Part shown: piece after piece, positions 50,056 through 61,282 of the stretch
Layout: the number at the start of each line of letters is the position of its first letter
Position numbering within the stretch: position 1 is the stretch's first letter
Source of the DNA: Mobula hypostoma
Taxonomy: Eukaryota
DNA: 64,000 nucleotides
Assembly (NCBI RefSeq): GCF_963921235.1
Contig: NC_086108.1
Coordinates: 80,478,001 to 80,542,000 of the forward strand
Direction of reading: 5' to 3'
The notes under the pieces: generated by a model
What the model was told of the DNA's origin: nothing
The model's database searches: none
The model's input: the letters and a program-made list of their open reading frames with translations, nothing else
Program-made: the position numbers and the translations under genes

Positions 50056-50809
50056 GCTTGGTGGGAGGCTCACTTCGAAATACTGTTTGCTCTGGCAGAA
50101 AAAGTCAAACAACAAATTTGCCATAGCACTTCAGAAGTGCTCAATACGGAACTATGGGGAAACGGTAAGGTAGGAGCAGCAGAAATCCAGTATCAGGTTT
50201 GTGAGTGCACTCATGTATGTTGGGGTATCTCTTCCAAAACTAATATATTGTACTGTATATTGCCCATCCCCAATTACCTTTGGGATGTAATTCTTTTTGA
50301 TGACATTGTTCACCCACTTGGGACTGGAGTTATAGGATTTAGAACCAAGGTCAATAAAGAACTAAAACAACATATTTTCAGGACAGTAGGTGTGCAACTG
50401 GGCAATAAACCTGCAGGTGGTGGTGTGCCCATGCTCTTGCTACCTGACGTTGGGAGGTGTTGTCTGAGTAGCTTTGATGAGTAAGTGGAGTGCATTTCGT
50501 AGATGCATGCACATTGCAGCCTTCTGTGCACCGGTGGTAGAGGAATTTAGATGCTGGATTTACTGCATTTACGTGTCTGGTCTGGTGTACTGCCTTTAGT
50601 AATTATGATGCATTAGAGAAACGAGACAGATTAAGTGACTGCTTTTCACAACTCATCTGAAGCTGTTTATTGCCTGTCAATTTAATTCTCAATCTCACTT
50701 TGACCCATTTATGCTGCTGCAAAGTTTAACATTAGCTTGAGGAGCAACATCTCATACTCTGATTAGTTAGAATTGCAAAGCTTTGTTGAAACATCATTTG
50801 ACGATGAAG

Positions 50810-51840
50810 CTCTACTTCATTAGGACATTAAGCATGTCATCAAAGGCTGTTGCAAATTTCTACAGACGTATGGTGGAGAGCATTCTGACTGGTTGTATCA
50901 CAGTCTGGTATGGAGTCTCCAATGCACAGGATTTCAAGAGGCTTCAGAAGGGTGTAGACTCAACCAGTTTCATCATGGGCACAAGCCTCATCGCAATTGA
51001 GGACATCTTCAAGAGCTGATGCCTCAAGGAGGTAGCATCCATCATTCAAGACCCTCACCACCCAGGATATGCCCTCTTCATGTTACTGACATTGGGAAGG
51101 AATTACGGGAGCCTGAAGACCCACAGGAATAGCTTTGTCCTCTCTGCCATCAGATTCCTGAATAGTCCTTGAACACTGTCTTATGTTTTATTTTTTTGTA
51201 CTGTTTAGTTTTTGTACATTCTTGTAATTTTCTGTTTTGCAAAGTACTGCTGCCACAAAACAAATTGCATGACATATACAGTAAGACCATAAGACATAGG
51301 AGCAGAATTAGGCCATCTGGCCCATTGAGTCTGCTCCGTCATTTCATCATGGCTGATCCAATTTTCCTCTCAGTCCCAGTCTCCTGCCTTCTCCCCGTAT
51401 CCTTTCATACCTGACCAGTCAAGATTCTATCAATCTCTGCCTTAAATATACTTGGCCTCCACAGCTGCCTGTGGCAAAGAATTCTATAGATTCACCACTC
51501 TCCGGCTAAAGAAATTCCTCCTCATCTCTCTTCTAAAAGGATGACCCTATTCGGAGGTTGTGTCCTCCGGTCTTAGGCTCTCCCACCATAGGAAACATTC
51601 TCTCTACATCGACTCTATAAAGGCCTTTCACCATTCGATGGGTTTCAATTAAGTTACCCCTCATTCTTCTGAATGCTAGTGAATACAGGCCCAGAGCCAT
51701 CAAACACCTTTTTAGGCCCAAAACTGCTCATAATGCTCCAAGTGAGGCCTCACCAGTGCTTTATAAAGTCTTGAAATTACATCCTTGCTTTTATATTCTA
51801 AAATTTTATATGTCAGTGACAATAGACCTGATTCTGATTC
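50810..51840 (+). mobile_element. Rex-like LINE 3' end with an antisense CR1 (51283-51800) nested in its tail
   Basis: NFYRRMVESILTGCITVWYG; CR1 ALGLYSLAFRRMRG on minus; Rex tail resumes as gtgacaatagacctgattctgattc. Confidence 0.82.
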
Positions 51841-52062
51841 TACGGTATAAGCTCCATTTGTCTCTCTTCACAAAATATGTTTGATTTGCTGAGTGCTTAT
51901 ATCATATGAACTTCCTAAATTCAGCATTCCCCTTTGCCTCTACTCTCTCACCCCTTTCTCATTTCACTGTTCGTTCAATCTCCTCTAGACAGGTCTGATC
52001 TGTTAAAAGCCATTAGCACCCATTTCATTCAGTTTCCCTTTGTCTCCACCCTACCACACACA

Positions 52063-53300
52063 ATCCAGCAACACATACAAAATGGTGGAGGAACTCAGCA
52101 AACCAGGCAGAATCTATGGAAAAAGGCACAGTTGACGATTCGGGCCAAAACCTTTCGGTAGGACTGGAGAAAAGAAAGCTGAGGAATAAATTTAAAAGGC
52201 AGGAGGAAGGGAGAGAAAAAACCACCAGGTGACAGGTGAAACCTGGAGGGGGAGGGATGAAGTAAAGAGCTGGGAAGTTGATTGGTGAAAGGAGGTGAGA
52301 GAGGGAAAAGGGGATGGGAAATGGAGAAGAGGGGGGTTTAGGTTTGGTTGGGGGGCATTACTGGAAGTTTGAGAAGTCGATGTTCATGCCATCAGGTTGG
52401 AAGCTACCCAAACGGAAAGTAAGGTGCTGTTCCTCCAGCCTAAGTGTAGCCTCATCACGACAGTGGAGGAGGTCATGGATGGACATATCGGAATGGGAAT
52501 GGAAAGTGGAATTAAAATGGGTGGTCTCTGGGAGATCCTGCTTATTCTGGCAGACAAGTGTAGATGCTCTGTGAAGTGGTCTCCCAATCTACGTTGGGTC
52601 TCACCGATGTACAGGAGGCCACATCAGGAGCACCGATCACAATAAGTGACTCCAACAGATTCACAGGTGAAGTGTTACCTTACCTGGAAGGACTAGTTAG
52701 GGCCCTGGATGGTAGTGAGGGAGGAGGTGTAGGGGCAGATGAAGCACTTGTTTTGCTTGGAAAGATAAGTGCCAGGAGGGAGATCAGTGGGGAGGGATGA
52801 ATGGACAAGGGAGTTGCATAGGGAGTGATCCCTGTGGAAAGCAGAAAGTGGGGGGAGGGGGGGAGGGGGGGAGGGAATGGTGTGCTTGCTGGTGGGATCC
52901 CGTGGAAGGTGGCAGGTTTCAGCGAATTATGTGATGGACACAGAGGCTGGTGGGGTAGTAGGTGAGGACAAGAGGAACCCTATCCCTGGGAGAGTGGCGG
53001 GAGGATGGGGTAAGAGCAGACGTACGTGAAGTGGAAGAGATGCGGTTGATAGGAGGGAGGGAAGCCCATTTCTTTGAAAGAAGACAGCTACTTCATTCTA
53101 GAATGAAAAGCCTCATCCTGAGAGCAGATGTGGCAGAACTGGAGGAATTGAGAAAAGGGGAAGGCATTTTTACAAGAAGTAGGGTGGGATGAGGTGTAGT
53201 CTAGGTAGCTGTGAGAGTCTGTAGATTTGTAATAGACATTGGTGGATAAGCTGTCTCTGAAGATAGAGACAGTGAGATCGAAAAAGGCAAGGGATGTGTT
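52063..53300 (-). mobile_element. Penelope-like element (RT C-terminus + GIY-YIG + pLTR)
   Basis: FFDLTV..LSTNVYYKSTDSHSYLDYTSSHP..CKNAFPFSQFL (PLE RT thumb); YIGETQRRLGDHFTEHL (GIY-YIG). Confidence 0.9.
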
Positions 53301-53374
53301 GCAAATGGACTTACTTAGAAGTTTGTGAGAATCTGGCATGTTATCTAAAACTGTGGCAAACTTCTGCTGATGTG

Positions 53375-54382
53375 CGGTGGAGAGTATATTGACTGGTTGC
53401 ATCACAGCCTGGTATGGAAACACCAATGCCCTTGAAAAGAAATGCCTACAAAAAGTAATGGATACAGCTCAATTCAGTATGTGTAAAGCCCTCCCACCAC
53501 TGAACACATCTACACAGAGCACTGTCACAGGAAAGCAGCATCCATCATCAAGGACCCCCACCATCCAGACCATGATCTCTTCTCGCTCCTGATATCAGGA
53601 AGGTGGTACGGGAGCCCCAGGACCCACACCACTGGGTTCAGGAACAGTTTTTACCTTTGAACCAATAGGCTCTTGAACCAGAAGAATAACTTCATTTGCC
53701 CCGTCTCTGAACTGTTCCCACAACCTACAGACTCACTTTCAAGGACTCTTCATCTCATGTTCTTGATATTTATTGTTTATGTGTTTATCACCAGTCCTCT
53801 TGGGGGCAGTTTTACATTGATGCTATTGTGTTTCTTACTGAGAATGCTCGCAAGAAAATGGATCTTAAGATTGTATGTTGTTGTTCAGTCCTTAAGTCGA
53901 GTCCACCTCTTCATGACCTCATGGACTCCGGCACACCAAGCCTTCTTGTTGGGAACTGCCTCTCTAAGATCCCCCAAGGCCATACATATTGTCTGAGTAA
54001 TATTATCCATCCATTGCAGCCTCTGTCAAACTCTCCTTCTTTTACCTTCTGTTTTACCTAACGTCTTCTCATGATGTGGCCAAAATATCTGAGCTTTTGT
54101 CTCATAATCAAGCCTCTTAGTGAGCAGTCTGGCTGTATGTCTTCGAGTATGGACTTGTTGGATCATCTTGCTGTCCAACGAACTCTTAACACTTTCCAAA
54201 GCATCCAAGTTCAAAGCTGTCCATTCTTTGATATTCAGCCTTACTAATAGTCTGGCTCTCACAGCCATACGTCACAACTGGAAATACCATAGACTTGACT
54301 ACAGTATACAACTGTATAAGATTGTACAATTTCATATCAGATTATATATGTACTTTGGTAATAACTTTACTTTGAACTTTGA
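53375..54382 (+). mobile_element. Rex-like LINE 3' end with a nested RTE fragment
   Basis: VESILTGCITAWYGN; tail tactttggtaataactttactttgaactttga resumes after ~54310. Confidence 0.8.
53877..54305 (-). mobile_element. BovB-like RTE LINE 3' end
   Basis: Minus strand VVTYGCES..ISKAE..RMDSFEL...SNKSILEDIQPDCSLRGLIMRQKLRYFGHIMRR; 3' UTR catgaggtcatgaagaggtggactcgacttaaggactgaacaacaac. Confidence 0.82.
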
Positions 54383-55600
54383 ATACTTTCTTTGCTCCTT
54401 TGCTCCGGGGAAATCTAGCTGAACCTATACATATAAGCCAGATCAGGCAAAGATGGTAGTTTTTTTCCCTAAAGGACAAGTGTGTTCCATTGGCGCCTCA
54501 TAGTTGTATTTTAGTTTGTTCCCACTTGTGAAGAGTTCAAGTACTGCAGATGCCAGAGAAAACCACATTGCAGTAGTTTGCAAAGGGCAGCAGGTAACAG
54601 TTCTGCTTTGAAAGCAGCATCGGCACAGAGAGAGAATGAGTTTCTCATCAGAGAAAAATGAGAAGCTGTACATTATTAATTCTCTGGAGATGGCAATTTA
54701 TACAATATCCGTGCTACAAACAGCAGTTATGCTAGTCAACAGGCCAGGAAGGTCACTATTCTGTGGGCGGAAAGATTGTAGATATGCAGATTAACACAGT
54801 TGCAGACTGTTCCATCAAGGAATAACATGCATGATCACTAGGTTAGTCATCCACCCTTAATAACAAGCTTGGATGGTTTCAACGGAACCAGAAGTTTTGA
54901 AATTCTCAGAAGAGATGAAATGATGGTGAGAGTCTCAAGCTAAGAAATGTTACAGTGGGCTAAATTGAAATTATGATTCCATTGGACAAGGCTTGACTTG
55001 TAAAATTGATACCAATTAGAATAATGCATTCAGCACTCGTGGATGACATCAAATTGCAAAATGAAAATTGCTAACCACATGTGTAAATTAAACTAAATTC
55101 AACTCTGGGAAATTCCACATTCATTGCAGAAGTAAATAGAAGAGCTTGAGAAAGTGAAAATGGATCATTGGGCAAGATAGCTCATAATAATGAACTCCCT
55201 TGAGCCTCCAGCCGGGTCCAGGTGTCAGTCTTAACTGATGTTTCGATGACTAACTCTGCCATCTCTATCAGGGATGATGCGTAGGCATGTCTGGTCCAGT
55301 GGTATATGTATATACTCAACTCCTGCTGTCCATCCCTCCGGAAAGCACTCGATCCTTTTTCAGCTCATAGCAAATCAGGCAACTCTGATATTTGTCTCAC
55401 CCCAAGGCAGGTAGGATAATATGATTGACAACTGCAATGCAACTTTAAAATCAAACAGCTGACGATGAACAACATCTTCTCATTCTTATTTCTACTAGTA
55501 TTAGATGGGAGTAAACTGCAGGACTGCAATGACCAGCCGAAGATCACTGCTGACTGTAGGGTGTGAGTGATGCAACGAAGTGCAAGTTCAGTGGTAGATC

Positions 55601-55900
55601 ACTCACCAGGACGTACGGTGAGCACTCCCCTGACGTTGTCGCCAGTTAAAGAGTGATTCAGACCCTGAGGCTTCGGTTATTGGCTGCTTTTCACATCCTG
55701 ATTCAGAAAACTCATCTGCTCTGCTCACCTCCAACCACAAGAATGTGCAGGTGAACCGAAGGTGGCCTGCTCCCTCCCCTCCTAGAAGCCAGTACGATTC
55801 AGAAAGCGCATCACGCAGCATTTCCGGCAGTGAGTAAGGCTTGATGGAGTGTGGCCTGATGTCAGTAAAGGCAAGAATGGGCAAGCAGGCGCTCTGTACG
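55601..55900 (-). promoter_or_regulatory. Candidate promoter and non-coding first exon
   Basis: Locally CpG-rich unique sequence; minus-strand CCAAT (~55680), ETS-like CCGGAAAT (~55822), CRE half-site TGACGT (~55631); canonical donor CTG|GTGAGT at 55607/55606. Confidence 0.45.
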
Positions 55901-56506
55901 GAAGTAGTTATTGTTAGGACCCGTTTCCCAATTGATGTAACAGTAAGCACATCAGGTATGCCTGTGTATTTTCTTAACAATTATTCTGAAACCATATCCG
56001 AGCCTCATCTTTGTTAACAGAACGCTGGTGACTAGGATGTAGAGGACTGGTGCTCCTGTTAGGAGTAATTCGATTACCAAACAATCTTGCATTCATTTTG
56101 ATATGGAGAGTTCCACAGGCATTCTAAAGTATATATTTGAGTGATAGACAACAGGAACTATTCATTTTTTGCTGCAAATTAGCTGGCATGCTGTTTTATT
56201 TGTTGTTAGAATACATCTTACTGCAACATCACATAATTCACCTTGACGGGTTCTTGAAGATAATTCTTTCTTTCCCCCATGTTTGCATGTGATTGTAGTC
56301 TTTCACCACGGCTGTCACCATAATTTAAAGAAATACAAAGGCAACTTGCAATATTCAAAGTGGGGAGGAGCGAGGAAATTAAACGTATGCTTGCTCTTGA
56401 GTCCAATGGTGGCACTGAGTCCCAGAGCCTCAAGCCGCTGACTTCCTTTTGTATCCTGATGAATTGTTAATGCTCCAGGTTCATCCTATGGGCAACGCTG
56501 TTGCAT

Positions 56507-57050
56507 TTAGATTATGAAGACACATGGTCCTCTTTTATTGTCATTTAGTAATGCATGCATTAAGAAATGATACAATATTTCTTCCGGTGTGATATCACAA
56601 AACACAGGACAGACCAAGACTGAAAAAACTGACAAAACCACATAATTATATCATATAGTTACAACAGTGCAGCAATACCATAACTTGATGAAGAAGTCCA
56701 TGAGCACAGTAAAAGTTCAAATTCTCTCAAATGTCCCACATCTCACGCAGACGGGAGAAGGAAGAACTCTCCCTGCCAAACCCGACCACAGTCTGACTCT
56801 GAGTCATCCGCAAACTTCGAGCTCTGATCAGCTCTCCGACACCGAGTACTGAGCGCCATCTCTGTCTGAACGATTCAACCTCAACCTCGGTCACCAACAG
56901 CAGGCAAAGCCGGGGATTTTGAGGCCTACCCTCCGAAAGATTCCCGACCACGCAGTAACGACAGCAGTGAACGAGCATTTCAAAAATTTCTCCAGATGTT
57001 CCTCTGTGCTTTCACGTCCATTCTCCACCAAATCAGAATTGTCCACCGCC
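56507..57050 (-). mobile_element. Non-autonomous LINE-derived retroelement, copy 3 (5'-truncated)
   Basis: Aligns by eye to 1378-2022 and 6014-6677. Confidence 0.8.
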
Positions 57051-57136
57051 CCTATTTGTTATGCTGACACATGTTTTAGATTTCATCACATAATCCAGTC
57101 CACCAAGGAAAAGTCAGAACTCCCCAAAAATGTTTT

Positions 57137-57785
57137 AGAGTCATAGAGCCAGAGAAAACACTACAGCACAGAAACAGATTATTAATCTGCCTGGTTCCAT
57201 TGACCTGCACCAAGAACATAGCCCTCCATGCCCTCCCATCAATGTACCTATCCAAATTTCTCTTAAGTGTGAAAAAAAGTCAAGCACAGTTCCACCACTT
57301 GTGCTGGCAGCTCATTCCACACTCTCACCACCCTCTGAATGAAGAGCTTCCCCCTCATGTGCTCTTTAAACATTTTACCTTTCGCCCTTAACCTGTGATC
57401 TCCAGTTCTAGTCTCACACCACCTCAATAGAAAAAGGCTGCTTACATTTAGCCTATCTATACCCTTCATAATATTGTATACCTCCATCAAATCTCCCCTC
57501 GATCTCCTACGCTCTAAAGCAGGGGTTCCCAACCTGGGGTCGACAGGCTCCTCAGTTAATCGTAGGGGTCCACGGCATAATAATAAGGTTGGGAAACTCT
57601 GCTCTAGAGAATAAAGTCCTAACCTATTCAATCTTTCCTTATAAGTCAGGTCTTCAAGTAATGGCAAAATCTTAGTAATTTTATTTCTGTACTCTTTCAA
57701 GCTTATTGATATCTTTCCTGTAACTAGGTGAACAGAAAGAGACACAAAACTTTAAATTAGGTCTCACCAACATCTTATACAACCT
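57137..57785 (-). mobile_element. CR1 LINE 3' fragment
   Basis: LTYKERLNRLGLYSLE...RRRSRGDLMEVY...FIQRVVRVWNELP. Confidence 0.9.
57520..57601. mobile_element. hAT (Charlie-like) MITE, 82 bp
   Basis: TIRs caggggttcccaacct / aggttgggaaactctg; 8-bp TSD ctcta(a/g)ag at 57512-57519 and 57602-57609. Confidence 0.85.
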
Positions 57786-60409
57786 TCTCTTCTTTGAAAC
57801 TGTATCCTACTGGGATAATCAACAGTAATGTGCAGAACTGAGAGTCTAAACATGGGTAAAAGTGGCTTGAGTGAGCCATCTGTATACAACCTAATTAACA
57901 TGCAAATAAGATCAAATAGGTAGTTTGATATGGTGATCATCATGTTTTAACAAGCTGATGTGTTTAAGGGTACATTTCTGGAACTTCACCAAGTAATAAT
58001 GTCCCTGGCATGCACGAAACTAATCTAACTAGAGTCATGTTTTAATTGAATCATCCTCAAATAGCTAATGAGCAGAGCCAATTCTAGAATGAAAGGGAAA
58101 TATTATGGTGCGATATTCAAGGACTGAAGACTTCTAAAACTCTTTATTGCTAAATATCGGTGGCCACCTTTGCTTCTTGAAGGACATATGACAGGCACTT
58201 TTTTCCAGAACATTTACAGAAAGACAATAGTGTTGAAAAAAACAGTTAATCTTGCCCTTCATAGTCTCTGACCTAACATAATTTTTAGACACCCTCATTA
58301 AGGGAAAAATTGGTTAACTATGACAGGCTTTTAATAATGTTCTGATATGTCCCACAGCACCATAATGCTAATATCATAATCATTATCTATTGTTGTGTCT
58401 CAGGGAGACACACCACACAGCTTCTCTCTGGGTTTCAGAATGATTCGCTTGCTTGCACTCCAGTTCCGTGATGATGCCAATGTGATCCGCAGATTCTACC
58501 CCATGCAGGACATACACCACTATGCAGACCGGAAGGTGTTTTGGGAGATAATGCATTCTTAACCTTGTTCATTCTAGGCTTTCAAGTGATTATAATAAGC
58601 ACATCATTCATTTCTTAAATTAAGCCTGTTACCCCTCAACTGCTCCCCTTGTTACTGAGCTCCTACCAACCCTCGTAGAAACCCCCACTGCCCCCAGGGG
58701 GGTGATATCACCCACTTTGGGAACCACTGGTCTAGATTATTCCCATAAAGACAGTATTAATTTTTCTATTTGAATTCCAGAATAAATTGTTCCCATTATC
58801 CTGTCCTCAGTGCTGACCACCTCCTACTCTCCGCAGTCCACTCTGAGTGGTGATACCACAACTGAAGCATCCATGCTCTTGAGCTACGGTGGCAGGGTGG
58901 TTGGCGTTCATGTCTTGAACTGTCCATGAGTGTCCTTACATTCCAGGTCCTGAACTTCACATTGAGGATGTGGCTTCATTAAAAGTGGGTTACTCTGGCC
59001 CATGAGCTGCTCAGTGGGGCTTTCGGTGTGAACTCTTAATCCAATGGGAAAGGAGATAAGGACATCTTGTAACCCAGCCCTGCTGCTTTGCTGAATGGAT
59101 ATTAACTCAGAGACACTTGGGTAGATATGTCGGTATCTGGCTGATTGTACTCTGTACTGTGACACACACAAACCACAAATCAACACTCGCACACAGACCT
59201 GTACACAAACAAACAGACTCAACACTCAAACACTCCCAGCCACCTCTCCCTGCTGCCAACCACACTCCTGGCCACACTCTTATCTGTGGTCCCAGTGTGA
59301 CTCCTTCCCCTGCTCCCATAGCCGCACCCAGCCGTGCTCCTGCCCACGATCCCAACTGCAAACCTACTCCTGATTTCATCTGCCTTCCTGTCCTCCGTCC
59401 CAACTGCACATTTTCCCCACTCCACATTGCTTATCTGGCTCATGCTCCAGGCCTTTCCCGACATTCCCAGCAACAAACTGGACATTTCCAACTATTTTTC
59501 ACTAAGTGGAGAGACTGCAAAATTATTGCGAAAGTTTCCTAATCTGTGACATTAGCAATCAATTTAGGTAAACAGCTCCCACAAAAGGAATTGATAGTAT
59601 GCACCATACATACTGTAAACCCTTATCAATCATTGGCAGATCTTCAAGTACACTCCTTTGAAGTGTGGCTTCTTTTGAATGACCTACACGTTATCTCAGA
59701 GAGGTTAGTCATGTCTGACCACGGAACAACAGTTAGTAATATCAAGCAAATAGCAACCCCAGCAATGCCACACCCTGGTACCTCCCCATAAATATTTATA
59801 TACAACAGCTTATCAGATATTATTTGTCACACATGGCAGTTGAAGAGAAGCACTCAGATATTTCTTTTAAATTTTTCATACATTGCTCATTCTCCACTCT
59901 CATGGGTGGTGCTCAGCATAACTGGGGACAAGGCTGCAGGTAGAAGTTAAGGAAAATGTAAGATTTAATCTCTGACCCCTGCTAATCTATAGATTACAGT
60001 CCAAATCTCAGTGGATAGTAGTTTTTTATAGGAGTAGATGGCCAAAACTGGAATTATTTGCCTACCATTCACTGTCCACATTCATATGTAAAGAACAAAC
60101 GGTTAGATTGAGGTTTCAGGGTTTCTCCAGCATGGCTGTCTGCAATGTTGTTCCCTAGCATGCCTTCACGTTCTGGAAATCAGACGCATTATCAAATTGC
60201 TGCCAGAAACTTATAGCCACATATAAGACTTTAACTGGAAGGCCATTTTTTTTTGTCACACACACACACACACAGCCTCGCATTTTGAAATCTACGTCTG
60301 TCACCGAGTGCCCTGAAAGTTCAGCTGGGCCGATAGCAAGCTGCCAAATACTTTGACAGGAAGACCGGACTGAATTAGTTGTGTATGAGCATCACTGCTT
60401 GATGGCAAT

Positions 60410-61240
60410 AAGTCAAGTCAAGTTTTTTGTCATTTAACTATATAAATGTATATAATCATATAATGTATATAAAAATATTACCACATTTCTCTGAACCAAG
60501 GTGCAGAGCATGGTACTACACATAACACACAATGATTTTTGAAGGTAAGGATAAAACCTACAGATGATTATGCATATATAATGAACTAAAGTGAATAAAT
60601 TAAATACTGTAATGTACGGAACTGATGAACCAGTGTCACTTCAAATACAATGCAGCAGAGAGCTCAGAAGCCTAATGGCCTGAGAGAAGAAACTGTTTCC
60701 CATCCTGACCATTCTTGTTTTTATGGAGTCTCCTGCCTGATGGTGGAAAGTCAAAGAGGATGCTGGATGGATGGGTGAGATCCTTAATAATACCATGGGC
60801 CCTGCATATGCAGACTCCTGATAAATGTCCCCGATGAATGGTAGGGAGACCCCTATGAACCTCCCAGCTGTTCTCAGAGTCCTTTGTATTTAGGTCCTCA
60901 GCTGCTCCTGTACCTGATGGAGGTGCAACTTGACAGGATGCTCTCGATGGTGGTCTTGTAAAATGCAGTTAAGATGGGGGTAGGGAGCCTCCCTTGTCTC
61001 AATCTTCTGAGGAAGCAGAAGCGCTGCTGTACCTTCTTGTTCAGGGAGGTGATATTAAAGGACCAGGCGAAGTAATCCTTGATGTGAAATCCCAGGAACT
61101 TGGTGCACTTAACTGTCTCTATTTAGGAACCATGTATTTTCAGAGGGGCGGGTGGTCTATCTGCACCTTCCTGAAGTCTATTATGATTTCTTTCGTCTTC
61201 TCCATGTACAGACTTAGGTTGGTCTTCTCACGCCAATCCA
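60410..61240 (-). mobile_element. Rex1/Babar-like LINE 3' fragment
   Basis: Reverse tail aagtcaagtcaagttttttgtcatt; KTKEIIIDFRK and TIESIL motifs on minus. Confidence 0.78.
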
Positions 61241-61282
61241 CTGGACATAGGCATCCAAAACCCTACAGGGACAGCATGACAC

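Noticed and set aside
49936..50484. 182-aa plus-strand ORF
   Set aside because: Starts in a Rex LINE remnant and continues without recognisable motif; probably chance or antisense shadow.
59117..59542. 141-aa P/T/H-rich ORF
   Set aside because: C/A-skewed low-complexity sequence with no splice or homology support.
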